A DNA stretch of 64,000 nucleotides. It comes from Vulcanimicrobiota bacterium. Its GTDB lineage: Bacteria; Vulcanimicrobiota; Vulcanimicrobiia; Vulcanimicrobiales; Vulcanimicrobiaceae. Numbering within the stretch: the first letter of the stretch is position 1; each line of letters starts with the position of its first letter. Shown here piece by piece: positions 19,274 to 29,564 of the stretch. Location of the stretch: assembly GCA_963833095.1 (NCBI GenBank), contig CAWHWQ010000001.1, forward strand, positions 768,001 through 832,000, read 5' to 3'. The notes below the pieces were generated by a model. It was given only the letters and a program-made list of their open reading frames with translations. It made no database searches and was not told the origin of the DNA. Both the position numbers and the translations under genes were made by a program.

Positions 19274-20014
19274 CTATCCCCCCGCGCGAACCATCCCAGC
19301 CAAGGACGTTGCAACGAACGCGGCGACCTCGCTGGGGAGGGTCCCGCGGCCAAATCCGGCATCGTACCCAAGTTCGCTCGCCATAAGATTGTTCACCCGA
19401 GGACCACCGCAGATAAGGACAACGCGGTCGCGCAATCCCTCGGCTTCGAGCAATTCCACCAAGGACGTGAAGTTCTTGAGATCGCTGCCCTTCTGGGTGA
19501 CGACTTGTGATGCCAGCATCGCGTCGATTGCGTGATCTTTGGCAAAGCGCACAAAATCTTCGACCGCGACTTGGCTGCCCAGATTGAACGTCTCGAACAT
19601 GTGGTAACGCTCGAGACCGTAGTCACCTTTATAGCCCTTCATGTTTAAGATTGCGTCGATCCCGACCGTGTGGGCGTCGGTCCCGATGCAGGCACCGGCG
19701 ATGCGAATCTTGCGGCCAAGATGATCGCGAACGTAGGCATCGATTTCATCCATCGACATCGCATGCGTTTTTGCCGACGGCGCCTTGACCGCGTCGGCGT
19801 CGATCGACTGCGGCGTGCTGGCATAGACGACGAAGGTCGAGAATCCAGTCGCAATCGTGCGGCCCTCGACAACTTGCACGTCGGTAAAGCCCATCTTGGC
19901 CACGAGCTGACGCGCGGCTTCGTCGGCGGCTTCACTCCATTCGATCGGCAACGCGAACGAGAGCTGCACCTTGCCGTCGTTCATCGTATCGCCGTACGGT
20001 TTAACGAGCCGCAT
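19274..20014 (-). CDS. kamE: lysine 5,6-aminomutase beta subunit (cobalamin-binding)
   Basis: Motifs VKPYGDTMNDGKVQLSF, DAHTVGIDAILNMKG (DxHxxG plus PLP Lys), NLGSQV, ELGYDAGFG. Confidence 0.9.
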   Translation of the reverse strand: MRLVKPYGDTMNDGKVQLSFALPIEWSEAADEAARQLVAKMGFTDVQVVEGRTIATGFSTFVVYASTPQSIDADAVKAPSAKTHAMSMDEIDAYVRDHLGRKIRIAGACIGTDAHTVGIDAILNMKGYKGDYGLERYHMFETFNLGSQVAVEDFVRFAKDHAIDAMLASQVVTQKGSDLKNFTSLVELLEAEGLRDRVVLICGGPRVNNLMASELGYDAGFGRGTLPSEVAAFVATSLAGMVRAGG

Positions 20015-21548
20015 ATAGCAACGCTTCTTCGAAGGGGTTCCAGTAGTCGTCGGCGCGAGCGAAGACGCCGTCAAATCCGCGTCCCCCATCGGGCGGCCGC
20101 GACACGTCGGCAAATACGGCGGCTTCAATCGCGTGCATGAGCCCCAGATCCGCGACCCGTTCAAGCAGCGTCGCGCAATCCGCTAGGACCGACTGAGCCC
20201 GCCGCTCGATGACGCCGTTCGGCTTTGCCGCGATCTCGTCACCAAAGTGCCGCGCCGTATTCATAATGTAGCGGGCGTTCTCGATCGAGAGCGCGCGGTC
20301 GGCCAGGAACGGCGTGTGGATAGCTTCAGTGAGCATGCCGCAGAGGTGGATCGTCTGATGCGTCATGACCGAGGTCAGGTTGAACATCGCATCGATGAGA
20401 TGACCTTTGAAGATGTCGCCGGTCATGTGTTTGGTCGGGGGCATGTATTTGAGCGGCGCATCCGGGAAGACTTGGCGCGCGAGCTGCGCCTGCGCGACCT
20501 GATACAGGAATCCGTCTTCCAGATCCGGGCTGATCTCGTAGGCGTCACCAAGCCCGATCTGTCGATCCGGCATTCCCGCGCGGTGCGCGAATTCTTCATT
20601 GATGAACTGCGAGGCCAAAACGGCGGGAGCTTGTTCGACGGCATCGGCGGTCGTCAAATAATTATCTTCGCCGGTATTGATGATGATGCCCGAATAGGCG
20701 TTGAGCATGCGACTGAAGTGCTGATCGACAAAGGTGCGCTTCATGTTGATGTCGCGAAAGAGAATGCCGTACATCGAATCGTTGAGTAGCATATCTAGGC
20801 GTTCGAGCGCCGCCATCGTGGCGATCTCCGGCATGCACAGTCCGCTGGCATAATTGGTGAGCATCACGTAGCGACCGAGCTGCTCGGAGACTTCATCGAG
20901 CGCCTCGCGCATGATCCGAAAATTCTCTTGCGTCGCGTAGGTGCCGCCGAAGCCTTCGGTGGTCGGTCCGAACGGAACGAAGTCGAGCAGTGACTGTCCC
21001 GTCGATCGGATGACCGCGATGATCTGCGCGCCCGCTTGCGCGGCGGCCACGGCGGCCGTGCGGTCTTCGTAGATGTTTCCGCTTGCGACGATCACGTAGA
21101 GCAGTGGAGGCGGCAACTGCGGGAGTTCGGCAAGACGCGCATCGCGTTCGGCGCGGTTTGCTCGCACGCGCGCGAGCGACGCCTCGACAAACGGGCGAAG
21201 CGCGCCGCGGGCTGCGTCGTCAGGCGCAGCAGCGAATTGCGCGAGCGTCAGGGTGCCGGCGGCGAAGGTTTCGCCCAACGAGCGCGGATCGAGTCCTGTC
21301 TCGGCCAGACCCTTTCCGAACCACAACGCAATGCCGCGCGAACGTTCCACCGGTGAGAGCGAATCGAGGATCATGTTCGGAACCGGAACCTCGTCAGGAC
21401 CGACGCCGTCGACCCCCAGCAGCCGCAGCACCGAGCGCTCGACCGCAACGGTCGAATGGGAAGCGATAAAATCACTTACCGGCGCGGTAATCGCAGCGGC
21501 AAGTTCACGACACCGAGTAACGAGAGCGCGATCGATTCGCAGTTCCAC
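20001..21548 (-). CDS. kamD: lysine 5,6-aminomutase alpha subunit
   Basis: Motifs STVAVERSVLRLLG, YVIVASGNIYED, VIRSTGQSLLD, YATQENFR, KYMPPTK. Confidence 0.92.
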   Translation of the reverse strand: MELRIDRALVTRCRELAAAITAPVSDFIASHSTVAVERSVLRLLGVDGVGPDEVPVPNMILDSLSPVERSRGIALWFGKGLAETGLDPRSLGETFAAGTLTLAQFAAAPDDAARGALRPFVEASLARVRANRAERDARLAELPQLPPPLLYVIVASGNIYEDRTAAVAAAQAGAQIIAVIRSTGQSLLDFVPFGPTTEGFGGTYATQENFRIMREALDEVSEQLGRYVMLTNYASGLCMPEIATMAALERLDMLLNDSMYGILFRDINMKRTFVDQHFSRMLNAYSGIIINTGEDNYLTTADAVEQAPAVLASQFINEEFAHRAGMPDRQIGLGDAYEISPDLEDGFLYQVAQAQLARQVFPDAPLKYMPPTKHMTGDIFKGHLIDAMFNLTSVMTHQTIHLCGMLTEAIHTPFLADRALSIENARYIMNTARHFGDEIAAKPNGVIERRAQSVLADCATLLERVADLGLMHAIEAAVFADVSRPPDGGRGFDGVFARADDYWNPFEEALLYAAR

Positions 21549-21554
21549 GACGAC

Positions 21555-22397
21555 CTACTTATCGCGCAGGTAGGCGGCGATCCCCTCACGCCACGGCGGC
21601 ATCACGATTCCGAGGGCCTCGAGCTTGCCATTGGCGAGCGCGGAGAAGGCCGGGCGCCGCGCCGGCGCCTTCCACTGCGCTGCCGAAATCGGCTCGATCG
21701 ACTGCTCGATTCCCGCAAGCTCCAGCGCAGCGCGCGCAAAATCATACCAACTCACCGGACCAACATTGCAGGCGTGATACAGACCGTGCTCGCCGGTTTC
21801 GACCAAAGCCCGCAACGCGATTGCCAGATCACCGGCATAGGTCGGCGAGGCGATCACATCGCTGACGACCCGGGGCGTTTCGCCCGAACGTGCTTGCGTG
21901 ATGATCCGGTCGACGAAGGTGCCTTTGCTCTTTGAGGCGTGCCGACCGTACACGCCACAGGTGCGCACGACGAACGCCTTCATCGCGCGACGAAGCACGA
22001 GCTGCTCGCCCGCAAGCTTCGACGCTCCGTAGGCGCAGATTGGACGCGCGCAATCCCCTTCTATATACGGAAGGGACGCGTCGCCGTCGAAGACGTAGTC
22101 AGTGCTGACGGTCAGAAAGGCGATGTCGCGCTTTTGGCATAGCGCCGCCACCCGATCGAGGGCCAGCGCATTGATTGCGAAGGCGCGGTCGGGTTCGACC
22201 TCACAAACGTCGACGTTGTGAAAGGCCGCACAGTTAACGAAAAGCTCTGGACGCGCCACCTCGATCGCGCGCTCGACCGTACCGGCATCCTCGATATCGA
22301 GTGCTTCATGCGAGGGCGCTAGGATGTCATCGCTCGTCCAGCGATTGCGAATCTCCGAACCGAGCTGCCCGGAACCGCCAGCGAGCAGCACTTTCAA
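21555..22397 (-). CDS. rfbD: dTDP-4-dehydrorhamnose reductase
   Basis: Motifs GGSGQLG, NCAAFHNVD, STDYVFDG, YGASKLAGE, ARRPAFS. Confidence 0.9.
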   Translation of the reverse strand: MKVLLAGGSGQLGSEIRNRWTSDDILAPSHEALDIEDAGTVERAIEVARPELFVNCAAFHNVDVCEVEPDRAFAINALALDRVAALCQKRDIAFLTVSTDYVFDGDASLPYIEGDCARPICAYGASKLAGEQLVLRRAMKAFVVRTCGVYGRHASKSKGTFVDRIITQARSGETPRVVSDVIASPTYAGDLAIALRALVETGEHGLYHACNVGPVSWYDFARAALELAGIEQSIEPISAAQWKAPARRPAFSALANGKLEALGIVMPPWREGIAAYLRDK

Positions 22398-23673
22398 GTA
22401 CGCACCTCGCGTGCGACTTGGACGCCAAGCGAAGCAACGACGGTGAGCGGCATAACGATGTTGCCAAGCAAGAGTTCTGTAACGACGACTCCAAGGTCGG
22501 ATGAAACAGCGCTATGACCGCAAGCGTGGCAAGGGTCGCGACGAGCAGAGGCAGCGCGAAACCGAGCCGATGCGTCGACATTCCGTATGCACCAAGGCTA
22601 TTGGTCATCGCAAGCCCGGCCATTGCAGCAGCGTACGTTGGAAGCAAAGGTAACGCCGCATCAAAAGCATTCCCCGTAAGCACATGCAAGACCAAGATGC
22701 CGAAGAAGTGAAAAGCCAGAACGCCGATCCCCGACACGACGGCGATGAAGAGTACCGCGCCCCAGAAAAGCTTGCGTGTGCGTTCACCGCGCGCGTGGCG
22801 ATGCGTCACTTGCGGAATGAGAATCGTCGGGATAAATCCGACAAAATAGAAGACAATCTTGCCACACAGCGATGCTGCCGAATAGAGGCCGGCTTGCTCG
22901 GCTGGAAAGAAATGCTTGACTAAGAGCACGTCGGCAAATCCCATAGTTGTGAGCGTTACGGTCAGTACGAGCGCGCCCGTGGTCGTAACAAAGATACGCC
23001 GCCAATCGAGGACTATCGGCGCAGGGAGGACCCGGCGGTAGCGTTTTATCAGCGGCGCGGCGATCACGAGGGCTCCGGCCGTCATCCCGCATAAGAATGC
23101 GCCCGTGGTTCCGAAGATCGTGAGTCCCGCGGCCGCGACGGCAAGCAGCGCCACGACTTTGACCACGCCTTCGCTCACGAGCGACCACGCATATGCCCCG
23201 TACGCGTGAAGACCCTGTCCGATCGAACGCATCGTCGAAGCCAGAATTCCGACTGCCGACATCAAGCCCACGATCGGGATCTCCCACGGCGCGACGTGCA
23301 AGAACGCGGAGAGCGGTTCCGCAAACAGCAGGCCGCCCACGACGTACAACGCGCCCACGACGACAAATGCGCGAGTGATCCAGCCGATCAGCCCCCGGAC
23401 ATGCCCATCATCATGAAGCGCGGAAAACTCTGCCGAATACTTGGCCACAACGGGGCCAAAAATCGACACCGGCAAACCGACGACGCTATACAAGCTGATA
23501 AGCGCATAAAATGCCCCGTACCCACCGACGCCGAGATGCCGGCTCGCGACGGCATGAAACGCGAATCCGCCGACGCTTAGAGCCATGCTCGCGCCAAAAA
23601 CGAGCGCGCCGGCATTAACAATTGCGCGTGATCCGAACGACGTGGGGGCTCGCTTTGCAACACTCACGGGCAT
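22394..23673 (-). CDS. Wzx/MOP-type oligosaccharide flippase with an apparent frameshift near 22490
   Basis: Polytopic protein with SRHLGVGGYG and DVLLVKHFFPAEQAGLYSAA. After ...HPTL the shifted frame reads VVVTELLLGNIVMPLTVVASLGVQVAREVRT*, ending at 22394 and overlapping the rfbD start. Confidence 0.78.
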
Positions 23674-23702
23674 TTGGGTTACGACGCCGAACAGCGGTTT
23701 CC

Positions 23703-24239
23703 ATGGAGGTCACGCAACTACCGATCGACGGTGCACTTGAGATCGTGCCGCGGGTATTTGCCGACGAACGCGGCTATTTTAAAGAAACGTATGCGGCGTC
23801 ACGCTATCGTGCGGCGGGAATCGACCCGACGTTCGTGCAGGATAACCTCTCACTCTCGCAACGTCTCGTGCTACGCGGTCTGCATAGCGATCCTCAGATG
23901 GCCAAAATCGTGCAGGTGCTCACGGGCACTGCCTACGACGTGATTGTCGATGTGCGGCGGGAGAGCCCAAGCTTCATGCGCTGGCATGCAGTCACGCTGC
24001 GGGCGCGGGAGCACACGCAGCTCTATATTCCGGCGGGTTGCCTGCATGGTTTCCTCGCACTCGAAGACGAAACGGCGCTCCTCTATAAGCAGAGTGCTGA
24101 ATACGACCCCGCCACCGAGTTCGGGGTCGCTTGGAACGATCCGGACCTGGCGATCGAGTGGCCTCTCGGGGGCGCCGCACCGATTCTCAGCGCGAAGGAC
24201 GCCGGCAATCCGACCCTGCGGGAGCGCGGTCTTCTGTAA
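23703..24239 (+). CDS. rfbC: dTDP-4-dehydrorhamnose 3,5-epimerase
   Basis: Motifs FADERGYFKE, FVQDNLS, VLRGLH, DVIVDVR, LHGFLAL, WNDPDLAIEWP. Confidence 0.93.
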   Translation: MEVTQLPIDGALEIVPRVFADERGYFKETYAASRYRAAGIDPTFVQDNLSLSQRLVLRGLHSDPQMAKIVQVLTGTAYDVIVDVRRESPSFMRWHAVTLRAREHTQLYIPAGCLHGFLALEDETALLYKQSAEYDPATEFGVAWNDPDLAIEWPLGGAAPILSAKDAGNPTLRERGLL

Positions 24240-24261
24240 CAAAGACGTAGCTCCAGGGTAG
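24235..24261 (+). promoter_or_regulatory. putative ECF-sigma autoregulatory promoter
   Basis: TGTAAC-N16-GGTAG just upstream of the ECF sigma gene, resembling SigW/SigX-type TGWAAC-N16-CGT. Confidence 0.45.
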
Positions 24262-24294
24262 AACTCGCTAGAGCCACTGGAAGAAAAGAGAGGG

Positions 24295-24942
24295 ATGGCC
24301 ATCGAGCCGGGCGCACGCGCCCAACAGAGCGATGAAGCTCTGGTCCGGCGCATCCGCGACGGCGAACGAGACCTGTTCGCCCTGCTGGTCGACCGGTACA
24401 AGCGCGGGATTGCAAACTTTATTGGGGCGAGCGTCCGCTGCGCGCCCGATGTGTCGGACCTCTCGCAGGAGACGTTCTTGCGAGCCTATGCGCACCTCGA
24501 TACCTTCAACCCGCAACTGGGTCGATTCTCGACTTGGATTTATCAAATTGCGCGCAATGTCGTGCGCACGCATTTGGGAAAATCGCTGCGCCGCCCGCCG
24601 ACCCAAGAACTCCCCGAAGAGCAGACTCTCGAAAACACGCTGCCCGATCCTTCGGTCGAGTCGGATCCCGCCGGCGGGATATTGCGCGCTGAGGCTGAGC
24701 GTGAGTTGCGCGACGCGCTCGCGGAACTGCCCGAACGCACGCGGACCGTGCTCGCTCTTCGCTACTTCGACAACATGGAATATCACACGATCGCAAGCAC
24801 ACTTGGACTCTCGCTAGGCAACGTCAAGACCTTGATCCACCGCGGCAAAATCGCTCTCGCTCGCAAGATGCTCGAACGTGACGCGCGCCAACGCGGCGCG
24901 GCACGCGAAAAAGGAGGCACGCGTGCGCTGCTCCTCGTGTGA
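24295..24942 (+). CDS. ECF RNA polymerase sigma factor (SigW-like)
   Basis: Region 2 DLSQETFLRAY...FSTWIYQIARN; region 4 LPERTRTVLALRY...LGNVKTLIHRG. Confidence 0.92.
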   Translation: MAIEPGARAQQSDEALVRRIRDGERDLFALLVDRYKRGIANFIGASVRCAPDVSDLSQETFLRAYAHLDTFNPQLGRFSTWIYQIARNVVRTHLGKSLRRPPTQELPEEQTLENTLPDPSVESDPAGGILRAEAERELRDALAELPERTRTVLALRYFDNMEYHTIASTLGLSLGNVKTLIHRGKIALARKMLERDARQRGAAREKGGTRALLLV

Positions 24943-25474
24943 ACCGCTGCTGGACCGCTACGTCGAAGGAACGCTGACGCCTCCTGAGATGGCGCGCGTG
25001 ACAGCGCATCTGCGTATCTGCGCGCACTGCGAATCGCTCTTGACCGAATTGCGCGTGGTTGACGCGCTGCTTGCAACCACGGCAACAGTGGAGCTTGCGC
25101 CCAACTTCACCTTCGCGCTCATGGCCGAAGCACGTACCACACCTGTCCACATTCATCGCAAACTTTCGCTGTGGGCTGTGTTGGCGTTTTACATCATCGG
25201 CGTATGGATCGCGCTCAGCGGCGTGTACGCATTTTTGGGCGGGCGCATCCCCCATCTCGCGTCGACCGGGCGCGCGCTCGCACATAGCGGCTCGCAAGGC
25301 CTCGCCGCCCTTTCCGCCACGGCGCAGAGTGTCAGCCCGGCAACGCCGGTGGTGCTCGTCGGCGTCATCGGCGTCTTGCTGCTTGACGCCTTGCTTGTTT
25401 TCGGCGCCATTGTACTGTACCGGTCCGCGCGCACGCGGCTCGCTGCCCATCTCGATCGTTCGGAGGCCGTATGA
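24923..25474 (+). CDS. zinc-binding anti-sigma factor (zf-HC2) with TM helices
   Basis: HLRICAHC (HxxxCxxC), GTG start after AGGAGG, two hydrophobic segments. Confidence 0.88.
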   Translation: MRCSSCEPLLDRYVEGTLTPPEMARVTAHLRICAHCESLLTELRVVDALLATTATVELAPNFTFALMAEARTTPVHIHRKLSLWAVLAFYIIGVWIALSGVYAFLGGRIPHLASTGRALAHSGSQGLAALSATAQSVSPATPVVLVGVIGVLLLDALLVFGAIVLYRSARTRLAAHLDRSEAV

Positions 25475-26334
25475 ACGCCCGCCACTGTGTCTGGATCCTA
25501 TCTGCGCTTGCGTTCGCGCTCAGTTTGTTTGCAATCACCAGTCCGGCTCTGGCCGATCCTACCAGCGTCGATCATGGCGGAACGTATGTCGGATCGGTTG
25601 TCGTAGAACCGGGTCAAGTGGTCGACGGCAACGTCGATGTGGTGCTCGGCGATGCAACGATCGAAGGCACGGTCAACGGTGACGTCAACGTGGTTGGCGG
25701 AAATATTTTCAATCGCGGTGGCCGCATCACGGGGCAGAAGCACGTGGTCGGCGGCTCGGTCGTCGAGAGCTTCGTGCCGTGGGCGTCAACCGGTGATGAC
25801 ATGGGCAGTTACACGCCTGACCACCATCTGTGGTGGCGGATCGCCTGGGACGCGATCGTGCTCGTCGTATTCTTGATCTTTCCGGTGCGCGCGCGCATGG
25901 CGCTCGATCGGCTCGAACAACATCCGGCGATCTCGACCTTGGCCGGTTTGTGCGGTTGGGTCGCCGCCTTCCCGATCGCCGTGCTGCTGCTGTTTACGAT
26001 TGTCCTCATCCCGCTGATTCCGGTAGAGTTCGTACTGCTCGCCGTCGCGGTATTCTTGGGCAAGGCATCGCTTGCGCTGTTGGTTGGACGCCGGTTCTAC
26101 GAGTTGCTGCAACCCAAGACCACACCCGCACCGCTGGTAGCGCTGGTCATTGGACTCGTGCTCCTCACGGCAGCCGAGCTGGTGCCGGTGCTGGGCATTA
26201 TGGTGACGCTTTTGATCATGCTCGTGGGTCTCGGTGCCGTGCTTCTGACCTTCGTTCCCGATTGGAACGTGCCGGGCACAGCCTCTGCCCCATCGCGCGC
26301 GGTCATAGGCGGACCGCCCATGCCCCTCGGCTAA
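25471..26334 (+). CDS. membrane protein with bactofilin-like beta-helix repeats
   Basis: Signal peptide, repeats VDGNVDVVLGDATIEGTVNGDVNVVGGNI, C-terminal TM helices. Confidence 0.7.
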   Translation: MNARHCVWILSALAFALSLFAITSPALADPTSVDHGGTYVGSVVVEPGQVVDGNVDVVLGDATIEGTVNGDVNVVGGNIFNRGGRITGQKHVVGGSVVESFVPWASTGDDMGSYTPDHHLWWRIAWDAIVLVVFLIFPVRARMALDRLEQHPAISTLAGLCGWVAAFPIAVLLLFTIVLIPLIPVEFVLLAVAVFLGKASLALLVGRRFYELLQPKTTPAPLVALVIGLVLLTAAELVPVLGIMVTLLIMLVGLGAVLLTFVPDWNVPGTASAPSRAVIGGPPMPLG

Positions 26335-26348
26335 TATAGGCCGGTGCT

Positions 26349-27560
26349 ATGACGACCCATGTCTCACGCGGCGCGAAGTTCGCGCAGCGCACCGCTCGCC
26401 TGCGCGCGTCGACCATCCGTGAGATGCTCAAGGTCACGCAGCAGCCTGATATCATTTCCTTTGGCGGCGGCTTGCCCGCGCCCGAGCTTTTTCCGACGCG
26501 CGAAATTGCCGAATGCACCGCCGAGGTCATGGAAACGACCGGCGCGGCGGCACTGCAATACGGTGTGACCGAGGGCATTCCCGAAATGCGCACGTGGGTC
26601 GCGCAGCGGCTGACACATCGCCTGCGCGCGACCTTCGACGCGTCGGAGATTCTGATCGTCAACGGGTCACAGCAAGGGCTCGATCTGATCGGAAAAATTT
26701 TCCTCGACCCCGGCGACCACGTCGTCTGCGAGCATCCGACGTACCTTGGTGCAATTCAGGCGTTCGATGCGTACCAGGCGCGCTATCTCGCGGTTGAGAC
26801 GGACGAAGACGGTCTCGTGCCGCACTCGCTCGAGCGCGTGCTCGAACGCGCCGACCCATTTCCGAAGTTTCTCTACGTCATTCCAAACTTTCAGAATCCC
26901 ACCGGCCGCACGCTCGCAGCTGACCGCCGCGAAGCGATCGTACGCATCTGCGAGCGATTCGATCTGCCGATCGTGGAAGACGATCCCTACGGCGAACTGC
27001 GCTTCGAAGGGAGCGACCTGCCTTCGCTTTCGTCGTTTCCGACGAGCGGATGCGTGATCTACTCGGGGACCGGAAGCAAGATTTTGGCGCCGGGCCTGCG
27101 GGTCGCGTGGTTGGCCATTCCCGATCACGACGTACGTGACAAGATCGCCCTGGCAAAACAAGGTACCGATTTGCAGACCGGCTCGCTCGCGCAGTACGTC
27201 TTCCACCGCTATGTGGCCAAGGCCGAAGCCTTCGAGGCACATGTGGCGCAGATTGTCACAACCTACCGTCGCCGGCGCGATGTAATGTTCGAGGCGCTGC
27301 GCGAACACATGCCGCCACGGGTGCACTTCAATCGCCCGGCGGGTGGGATGTTCTCGTGGGCGAGCGTCGACGGAGTGGATACGATGGAACTGCTCAAGCT
27401 CTCGGCGGAGCAAAAAGTCGTCTTTGTGCCCGGCGTTAGCTTCTATCCCGAGCGCGACGTGCACGACGGCATGCGTCTGAATTTCTCGAACGCTTCCGAA
27501 GAGAAGATTCGAGAAGGCATCGGCCGCCTCGGCGCCGCAGTACGCGCCTTCAAATCTTAG
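26349..27560 (+). CDS. class I PLP-dependent aminotransferase (LysN/Aro8-like)
   Basis: Motifs IISFGGGLP, LQYG, GSQQGLDL, PNFQNPTG, EDDPY, SKILAPGLRVAW. Confidence 0.9.
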   Translation: MTTHVSRGAKFAQRTARLRASTIREMLKVTQQPDIISFGGGLPAPELFPTREIAECTAEVMETTGAAALQYGVTEGIPEMRTWVAQRLTHRLRATFDASEILIVNGSQQGLDLIGKIFLDPGDHVVCEHPTYLGAIQAFDAYQARYLAVETDEDGLVPHSLERVLERADPFPKFLYVIPNFQNPTGRTLAADRREAIVRICERFDLPIVEDDPYGELRFEGSDLPSLSSFPTSGCVIYSGTGSKILAPGLRVAWLAIPDHDVRDKIALAKQGTDLQTGSLAQYVFHRYVAKAEAFEAHVAQIVTTYRRRRDVMFEALREHMPPRVHFNRPAGGMFSWASVDGVDTMELLKLSAEQKVVFVPGVSFYPERDVHDGMRLNFSNASEEKIREGIGRLGAAVRAFKS

Positions 27561-27586
27561 CTCGTTGCAACGTTAAGGAGTATCTC

Positions 27587-28018
27587 GTGGCTGCTTTCGT
27601 GACCGGTATTGCCCCCACGCAGGATGTGGACGACCTCGAAAAAATGTTGAGCTCGATGTCTGGGCTCGATCATTCGAAGTTCGTCGTGATCACGAAGGCG
27701 GACCGGACCGACGAGCACGACGATTCGTTCCTCAACTTCGTGCATGCGGCGAGCGAAGACCATCTGCTCATCAACGACCCTGGCACGAGCGTACCCGGAA
27801 TCAATACCTCACCGCCGCTCAACGACTACCTGTCGCACCCGCATGTTATTCAGCACGTCGGCAACCTGCCGATTCCCGACGACGAAGCCGACAACTACAA
27901 CGACGCGATCGAGAACGGTCGTACTGTCGTCGCCTATCCGGTCGACGGCGATCCCGGAGCGGTGACGGCGGCGTTTCGCGGCGCAGGACTTCTGCACGTC
28001 AAGACATTTAAGGGCTAA
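27587..28018 (+). CDS. acidic hypothetical protein (general-stress-protein-like C-terminus)
   Basis: GTG start after TAAGGAG; IPDDEADNYNDAIENGRTVVAY. Confidence 0.7.
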   Translation: MAAFVTGIAPTQDVDDLEKMLSSMSGLDHSKFVVITKADRTDEHDDSFLNFVHAASEDHLLINDPGTSVPGINTSPPLNDYLSHPHVIQHVGNLPIPDDEADNYNDAIENGRTVVAYPVDGDPGAVTAAFRGAGLLHVKTFKG

Positions 28019-29564
28019 GCGTCCCCACGTTATCTCCGTCGTAGTCGCGATGCGTTAGCCACGGATTGTGGAAGTATGCAAATGGGGCGCGGTGGGTTCC
28101 ATAGGTTTGCACGGGCCGGCGTGAGGTTTGTGAACCTGTTCCGCTAGGCAAAAAACAGTAGAGCTTCCCGTCGCCGATCTCACTTGCGAAGACACCGCCA
28201 CTTACGATCACGATGCCGCCGAAAATCGGCGTCGGTGTTGAATACCACCACAGCCGTTTCCCCGTCGCGAGGTCGAACGCACCCAAGCCGTCGCAGTTCG
28301 ACGTACAATTCGGTTGTGTGTATCCAATGAAGAGCATGCCCTGCGAAATAGCGGGCGGCGAGAGCACGCCCTTCTCATAGTTCGGATCGATTCCCGTAAC
28401 GAGTGACCACACCACGTTCCCCTGCAGGTCTAACACCGCGATCCCGCCGTGAGTGGTGTCGGTGCTGAGCCCGAAGGGCACCGCGACGTACTTCCCGTCG
28501 GTCGCGATGCCGTTGAACACCATGCCATCGGGAAAGGGAGACTGCTTCCACAGCAATTGCCCGCTCGACGTGTCGAACGCGTAGAGGTAACCGTCCTTTG
28601 CGCCGTCGATCACCTCGCCGGCGACAACCACCGGCGTTGCGCCGAAATCCCAATTGTTTTCATCCATCGGACCCGGAGTATGCCAGACGATCGAGAGCGT
28701 ACCCGGGTTCATGCGCAACATGCTGTCGCCATAGGGAGCATCCGTAACGCTGCACGAGTTCCCGGTTGCCACGTACATGTTTCCGGAAGCATCGAAGACC
28801 GGCGAGCTCCACACACCTACCCCTTCCGTTTGGTTCGGTGTAAGCGTCGCAGTTGCGAGAGTCGTCGGCATGAACGGATCGAGCGCTAGGACCTGCGCGC
28901 CTCGCATGCACTCGCCCGGCTCCAGATGATTCGACGCGCCGATGAAGAGGGTTCCTCCGTAAATCACCGGCGAACCGCGATAGTGACCTCGATATTGGCC
29001 CGATTGAACCGGCCCCGAAATCAGCGGTCCCCACGCGCTTTGGGCTGGATACGAGAACACTTCTTGGCCCGTCTGCGCGCCGACGACGTAAAAGTCGCCC
29101 GTGTCGCTCGGAAAATAGACCAATCCGCCGGCGACGAGCGGAGAGGGGACGAAGCCCTCGTTCGCAGGCGGTGCAAAATTCCAAATCTGCGCGCCGGTCG
29201 CTTCGTTGATGGCGTACGCGTTGCCGCCCTGCTCGGTTCGGTATACAACGCCGCCGGAGACGGCGACCGATGAATATGATCCGACCGTACCGTTGAATTC
29301 CCACGCGGGCGCAAGCGATCCAACATTTGCCTCAGTGATCGAAGCCTGTAACGTATTATCGCCGCTCCCACTGGGGTCGTAGCGCGAAGAAGTCCAATCG
29401 CCGGCTGTGTCGCTCGAATCGACGTTTGGATTCGTCTGACCCTTCGGAGCCGCCGTCGAGGTTGGCGCATTCGGTATCGAGAGTGCCCCGCTGCTCCCAC
29501 CACCTCCGCAAGCAACAAGGAATAGCGCTACAAACACGACGCTGAGACGAAGTGACGTTCTCAT
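28008..29564 (-). CDS. PQQ-like beta-propeller repeat lipoprotein (paralogue 1)
   Basis: Lipobox LVAC-GGGG; repeats AINEATGAQIW, AFDTSSGQLLW, AFDLATGKRLW; GVWSSP, YVATGN, DFGATP. Confidence 0.82.
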   Translation of the reverse strand: MRTSLRLSVVFVALFLVACGGGGSSGALSIPNAPTSTAAPKGQTNPNVDSSDTAGDWTSSRYDPSGSGDNTLQASITEANVGSLAPAWEFNGTVGSYSSVAVSGGVVYRTEQGGNAYAINEATGAQIWNFAPPANEGFVPSPLVAGGLVYFPSDTGDFYVVGAQTGQEVFSYPAQSAWGPLISGPVQSGQYRGHYRGSPVIYGGTLFIGASNHLEPGECMRGAQVLALDPFMPTTLATATLTPNQTEGVGVWSSPVFDASGNMYVATGNSCSVTDAPYGDSMLRMNPGTLSIVWHTPGPMDENNWDFGATPVVVAGEVIDGAKDGYLYAFDTSSGQLLWKQSPFPDGMVFNGIATDGKYVAVPFGLSTDTTHGGIAVLDLQGNVVWSLVTGIDPNYEKGVLSPPAISQGMLFIGYTQPNCTSNCDGLGAFDLATGKRLWWYSTPTPIFGGIVIVSGGVFASEIGDGKLYCFLPSGTGSQTSRRPVQTYGTHRAPFAYFHNPWLTHRDYDGDNVGTLSP

